A DNA stretch of 64,000 bases from Podospora anserina (taxonomy: Eukaryota): NCBI GenBank assembly GCA_017654855.1, contig CM030336.1, positions 558,001 through 622,000 on the forward strand, written 5' to 3'. Below the pieces are notes generated by a model. That model was not told the origin of the DNA. It did no database searches and saw only the letters and a program-made list of their open reading frames with translations. The position numbers and the translations under genes were made by a program. This document shows positions 60,197 through 64,000 of this stretch, one piece after another. Every line of letters begins with the position of its first letter. The stretch's first letter is position 1.

Positions 60197-62192
60197 ATGG
60201 AGCAATTTCTCATCGACAACGCCGACCGCTACAAGGAGCTGGTTCAGGCCTTCAACCCCAAGCCCGCGGCTCCAGTCAAAGCGGATTCAACAAACCCCGA
60301 CTTTCTCGTCAGTACTCGCATCAGACCACTGCTGCCAGATGAGATCTCTCAGGGCTTTCTCGAGGGTGTCTGTTCACGGCCTGGTGGTGCGAATATCGTC
60401 GACTTGCACGAGCTCAAGAAGTCAGTGAGGGGGCTGCCTTGTCTGAATGTAAGTCACTGTCAATCAGTGCTTGGAAATAGTGCAAGCTTTTTAACAAGAG
60501 CAGTCCTTCAGCTACCGGGTCGACCGCGTCTTCGGCCCCGACAGCACCACTAAGCAAATCTACGATGCCATTATCCAGCCCCTCGTCCCCTGGGCCTGGG
60601 GCGGAGGTGTAAGCACCATGTTCGCCTACGGGCAGACAGGATCAGGCAAAACCTTCACCGTCAGCGGGTTGGAGGAGCACGTTGCAGAAACGCTGATGGA
60701 TGGTACCCTAGAGGGAGAAAGGAAGCTGTGCATGTCTGTTATTGAACTAGCCGGACAGACAGCCTTTGGCAAGCAACCACCCCTCCCCCCCTTGACCCCC
60801 CAACTAACGCCAGGCGAGTAGACCTCCTCAACTCCCGCAAGCAAATCTCCATCCTCGAAGACTCCCTAGGCAACACCCAGCTCGCCGGCGCCCAAGAACA
60901 CCCCCTCACGTCCAAGGCCGACCTTCTTTCCCTAATCTCCACCGCGTCTTCCCTCCGAAAGACGGCCCCAACCCTCAAAAACGACTCGTCCTCCCGCTCG
61001 CACGCCATCTGCCGCATCCGCATCGAGAACCCCTCTATTCCGGCAGCAGAAGATGGGCTCCTCTACCTCATCGACCTTGCCGGGTCGGAAGCCGCCCGCG
61101 ACAAGTCCACCCACGACGCGGCGAGGATGAGGGAAGCGAGAGAGATCAACACCAGCCTCTCTGTTCTAAAAGACTGCATCAGGGGGAGGGCGATGGTTGA
61201 TCTTGATCCCGGGTCTGGGAAGAAGGCGCATGTGCCGTTCAGGCAGAGCACATTGACGAAGACGTTGAAGCATGTGTTTGATCCGAGCCCGGTGGGGGGG
61301 GTGAGGGGGGGAAAGACAGTTGTGGTGGCGTGTGTGAATCCTTGCTTGGCGGATACGCAGGCCAGCAGGAATACGTTGCGGTATGCGGAGTTGTTGAGGG
61401 TTACGGCTGGGCCGGCGGGGAAGAAGGTACAAGAATATGATGAGAAGAGGCCGGTCACGTGGGGGAATGGGGAGGTGAGGGAGTGGGTGGGGAAGAATGT
61501 GAGTTTTGATGGGTTTCTGAGTGTAAATGATATGCAAAGGCTAACAAGGCCGGATGGGATGGTGACAGTCGGGAACCCCTCCTGTTGATGGAAACGTCCT
61601 TGCCCCGACGGAATCGGGAGCGCAGCTTTTACGGTTGCCTGTTGGGGAGTTTGTGGAGAGGTGTCTCAAGACTCCGGGGGTGACGATGGAGCAGGCCACG
61701 GCGTTTCAGAGCAAGTTTTGGCAGCTGCATGTTGATAACTTGCGCTCTCAGTCCTCTTCCCAGCACTCCAAAGAGAAGCCTGAGGTCAAGTTGACGAGGA
61801 TGGAAAGACTTTACTCGAGCGCGGATATCGAAGGGCCGCCGCACGCGAGGGATGTCCCCTTCAAGGAGAGGATTAGGCCGGGCATGGTTGTCTCTTACCG
61901 TTCAGTTGGGAAAACTGGGGGGGCGCAGATGGGGACGGAGCAGATGGGGGTTGTGCTGTCGAGGGCTGATGCGGTGGGGGAGAGGGTGAGGGATTTGACT
62001 GGGGTGCAGGTTAATCATGGGGGGGAGAACTTGGGGGAGAGGTATCTCTGTGCGATGGTTGTGCCTGCTATCTTGCCGGGGGCGTATGATGTTGGGCTTT
62101 GGATGCAGGTGGTGGTTGGGGTTGGGGAGATGGAGGCTGAGGTGGTGCTGGAGTGGGATGTGGCCACTCGATATTATTATTTGACTGTGTAG
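60197..62192 (+). CDS. Kinesin motor-domain protein
   Basis: Exons 60197-60448, 60504-60768, 60822-61498 and 61569-62192. Motifs FAYGQTGSGKT, NDSSSRSHAI, LIDLAGSE and HVPFRQSTLT. Confidence 0.92.
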
Positions 62193-63794
62193 GGAGGTGT
62201 TGGACTGATTTCACGGTGATGGAAGTCATCACCGGCATATGCAGACGATTTCTCATTTCCCCGCTGCCAGTATCGGTATCGATGACGGTCGGTAGGTTGA
62301 GTTGTGTTGGCACCACCTTCCGTTCTCTCTCATACTTTTTTTCTCCATAATGGGTGAGAGATTCTCTTGGTGATTGTGATAAAATGGTACTATATCTCGT
62401 CGCTACATAAGGTACAGTAGGGCTGCACATCTCCCGCATACGACGCGTGTTTTTTCCCAACAGGATTCATTACCGACGCTTGGTTCCGACATACAACGCG
62501 AGCGCCGGGTGGACGGTTCCATATTACTTGCTGCACCGGCCAAAAGGCGTTGATAGCGCTTGGGTGCAGGTTAGAATACCCGGATGAGCTGTCACTGGTG
62601 AGTAGACGAGAGCTGGTTGACCGTTGGGTTGGTATGTTCTCGGCACTTTGGACGGCGTTCATTCGGGACAGAGTATTATGTAGGAGAGGTGGGATTTGCC
62701 CCTGCATACTGCGTCTTGACCGGTTTGGATCATGGTTGGGGGGTCACTTGCTTGTGCATATTCAATCTTGGGTATGTGGAAAAAAGAGACCTCGGGTGAT
62801 CTTGAGGCTGACGGCAATCATCATGAGATACTTGTTTGTTTTCGGGATGTGGGTTGTGAGAGAGAGGGAGAGAAAGGGAGGGCAAAGAGACATGTGACTT
62901 TTACAAGGGTACAAGGGGGTGATTATCAGTGCCCCTGATCCTTGCCCTGTGTATGCGGGCTTGGCGGGCGCTGATTCTCTTTAGCGCAACGTCATTTGAT
63001 AACGTTTTCGCGCAAAAGGGGCCGGGCCGTCAGAGGATTGTGTGTGGCTTGCGGGTGCTGAACTGGTTTCGGTCAAGACACGCGAGAGTGGCGTCTTCTA
63101 ATGCTGCATGGAAGGTTTCGGGGGATGGCTTCGGTGTCTTTTCTAGAAAGAAAAACACGAAGCCGCGCAAGAAAGGAGGTCAACGGAGAGACAGGCTGAC
63201 TGACACGCTGCTTGCCAGACACCCGACATCTGTCAACCACGAGGTTATCACCGCTCAGACAGCTTAGTCCCAGGGCCTTTAGCCGTACCGTCATGCTGGA
63301 ACGAGGTTGGCTGTGTATGTACGGCAATCAATTGAGGAAAGTGGTATCTGTTTGGCCCCTGGACGACACTCTCTCACACGTGGAGAACAGCTTACTGCTG
63401 GGCAGGCGAGACACCCCACATCAAAACCACCTTGCACAACCATGCCGTGCAGACAGACATGTTGGACCAATCACGCCCGGCTCAAGCGCAAAAGAGCTGG
63501 TGGTTCGATGTCTCTTCCCAGCTGCCAACCGGACGAATTTGGTAGCAGATCCGACACCTGTGGACGCCAACCTCGAGAGAGGATGACGGGGCTCCAGTCG
63601 AGATCCACAGAGAACATCTAGACCCTGTTGATCTCTCGTTTGGGGGTCACTTTCTGGCTGCCGATCACGTTTGGCGACTTGAGCCTCTTTTCACCTCAAC
63701 ATCTTCGTTAACATCACTTTGCGCCGAGGCAGCTCGTTGACGAGCCTCAAGCAAGACACCTGCTCCTCACAACAGGAGCCATGAGCCAGCAACC

Positions 63795-64000
63795 ATGACT
63801 CTCTACTCGTCTCCGCCTCCGGCACGGCCCTTCAGCGAGGACAAGCCGACTCTCTTGACATCGTGGTGGATCACGCTGCTATGTGCCTTCATCATTCTCC
63901 TCCGTCTCGTGGGGCGGTTTGTGCGGGTCGAGAAGCTGTTTGGAGAGGACAAGGTCGCCGCCCTGGTGTTGATACCCCTCTTCCTGCGCATGGCCTTTGT
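63795..64000 (+). CDS. 5' part of a PTH11-like (fungal rhodopsin-domain) integral membrane protein, running off the window
   Basis: MTLYSSPPPARPFSEDKPTLLTSWWITLLCAFIILLRLVGRFVRVEKLFGEDKVAALVLIPLFLRMAF has the LRxxxR...ED pattern and is open to the window end. Confidence 0.7.
   Translation, partial: MTLYSSPPPARPFSEDKPTLLTSWWITLLCAFIILLRLVGRFVRVEKLFGEDKVAALVLIPLFLRMAF

Noticed and set aside
1-64000. Starship captain (DUF3435 tyrosine recombinase) or HET/HeLo/amyloid effector gene
   Set aside because: No ORF with recognisable motifs of these families was seen in the window.

Overview
Eukaryotic, intron-containing DNA from a filamentous ascomycete (Sordariales). The NWD-type WD40 signature, the LTR family and RIP-like decay suggest the Podospora anserina species complex; this is an inference. 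The first ~43 kb is an accessory, transposon-scarred region. It has intact genes for a pho-4 Na+/phosphate permease, an orphan 839-aa coiled-coil protein flanked by degenerate tandem repeats, a cytochrome P450, a NACHT NLR whose WD40 sensor has collapsed to about one repeat, and a large sacsin/NO VEIN-like GHKL-ATPase + DUF3883-type nuclease. It also holds many relics: fragments of a GH3 beta-glucosidase, a NACHT gene, a UPF1-like helicase, an alpha/beta hydrolase, a C2H2 zinc finger and a RAD5/16-like SNF2; a gypsy RT; a pogo transposase; three solo LTRs with exact 5-bp TSDs; and one truncated LTR. The last ~20 kb looks like ordinary gene-dense sequence: a Gly/Ser-rich membrane protein, an unknown coiled-coil protein, a HAL2/MET22-like phosphatase, a CorA-domain protein, an amidohydrolase, a kinesin with a GC-AG intron, and the start of a PTH11-like protein. 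All calls come from motif recognition and hand alignment; no database searches were run.
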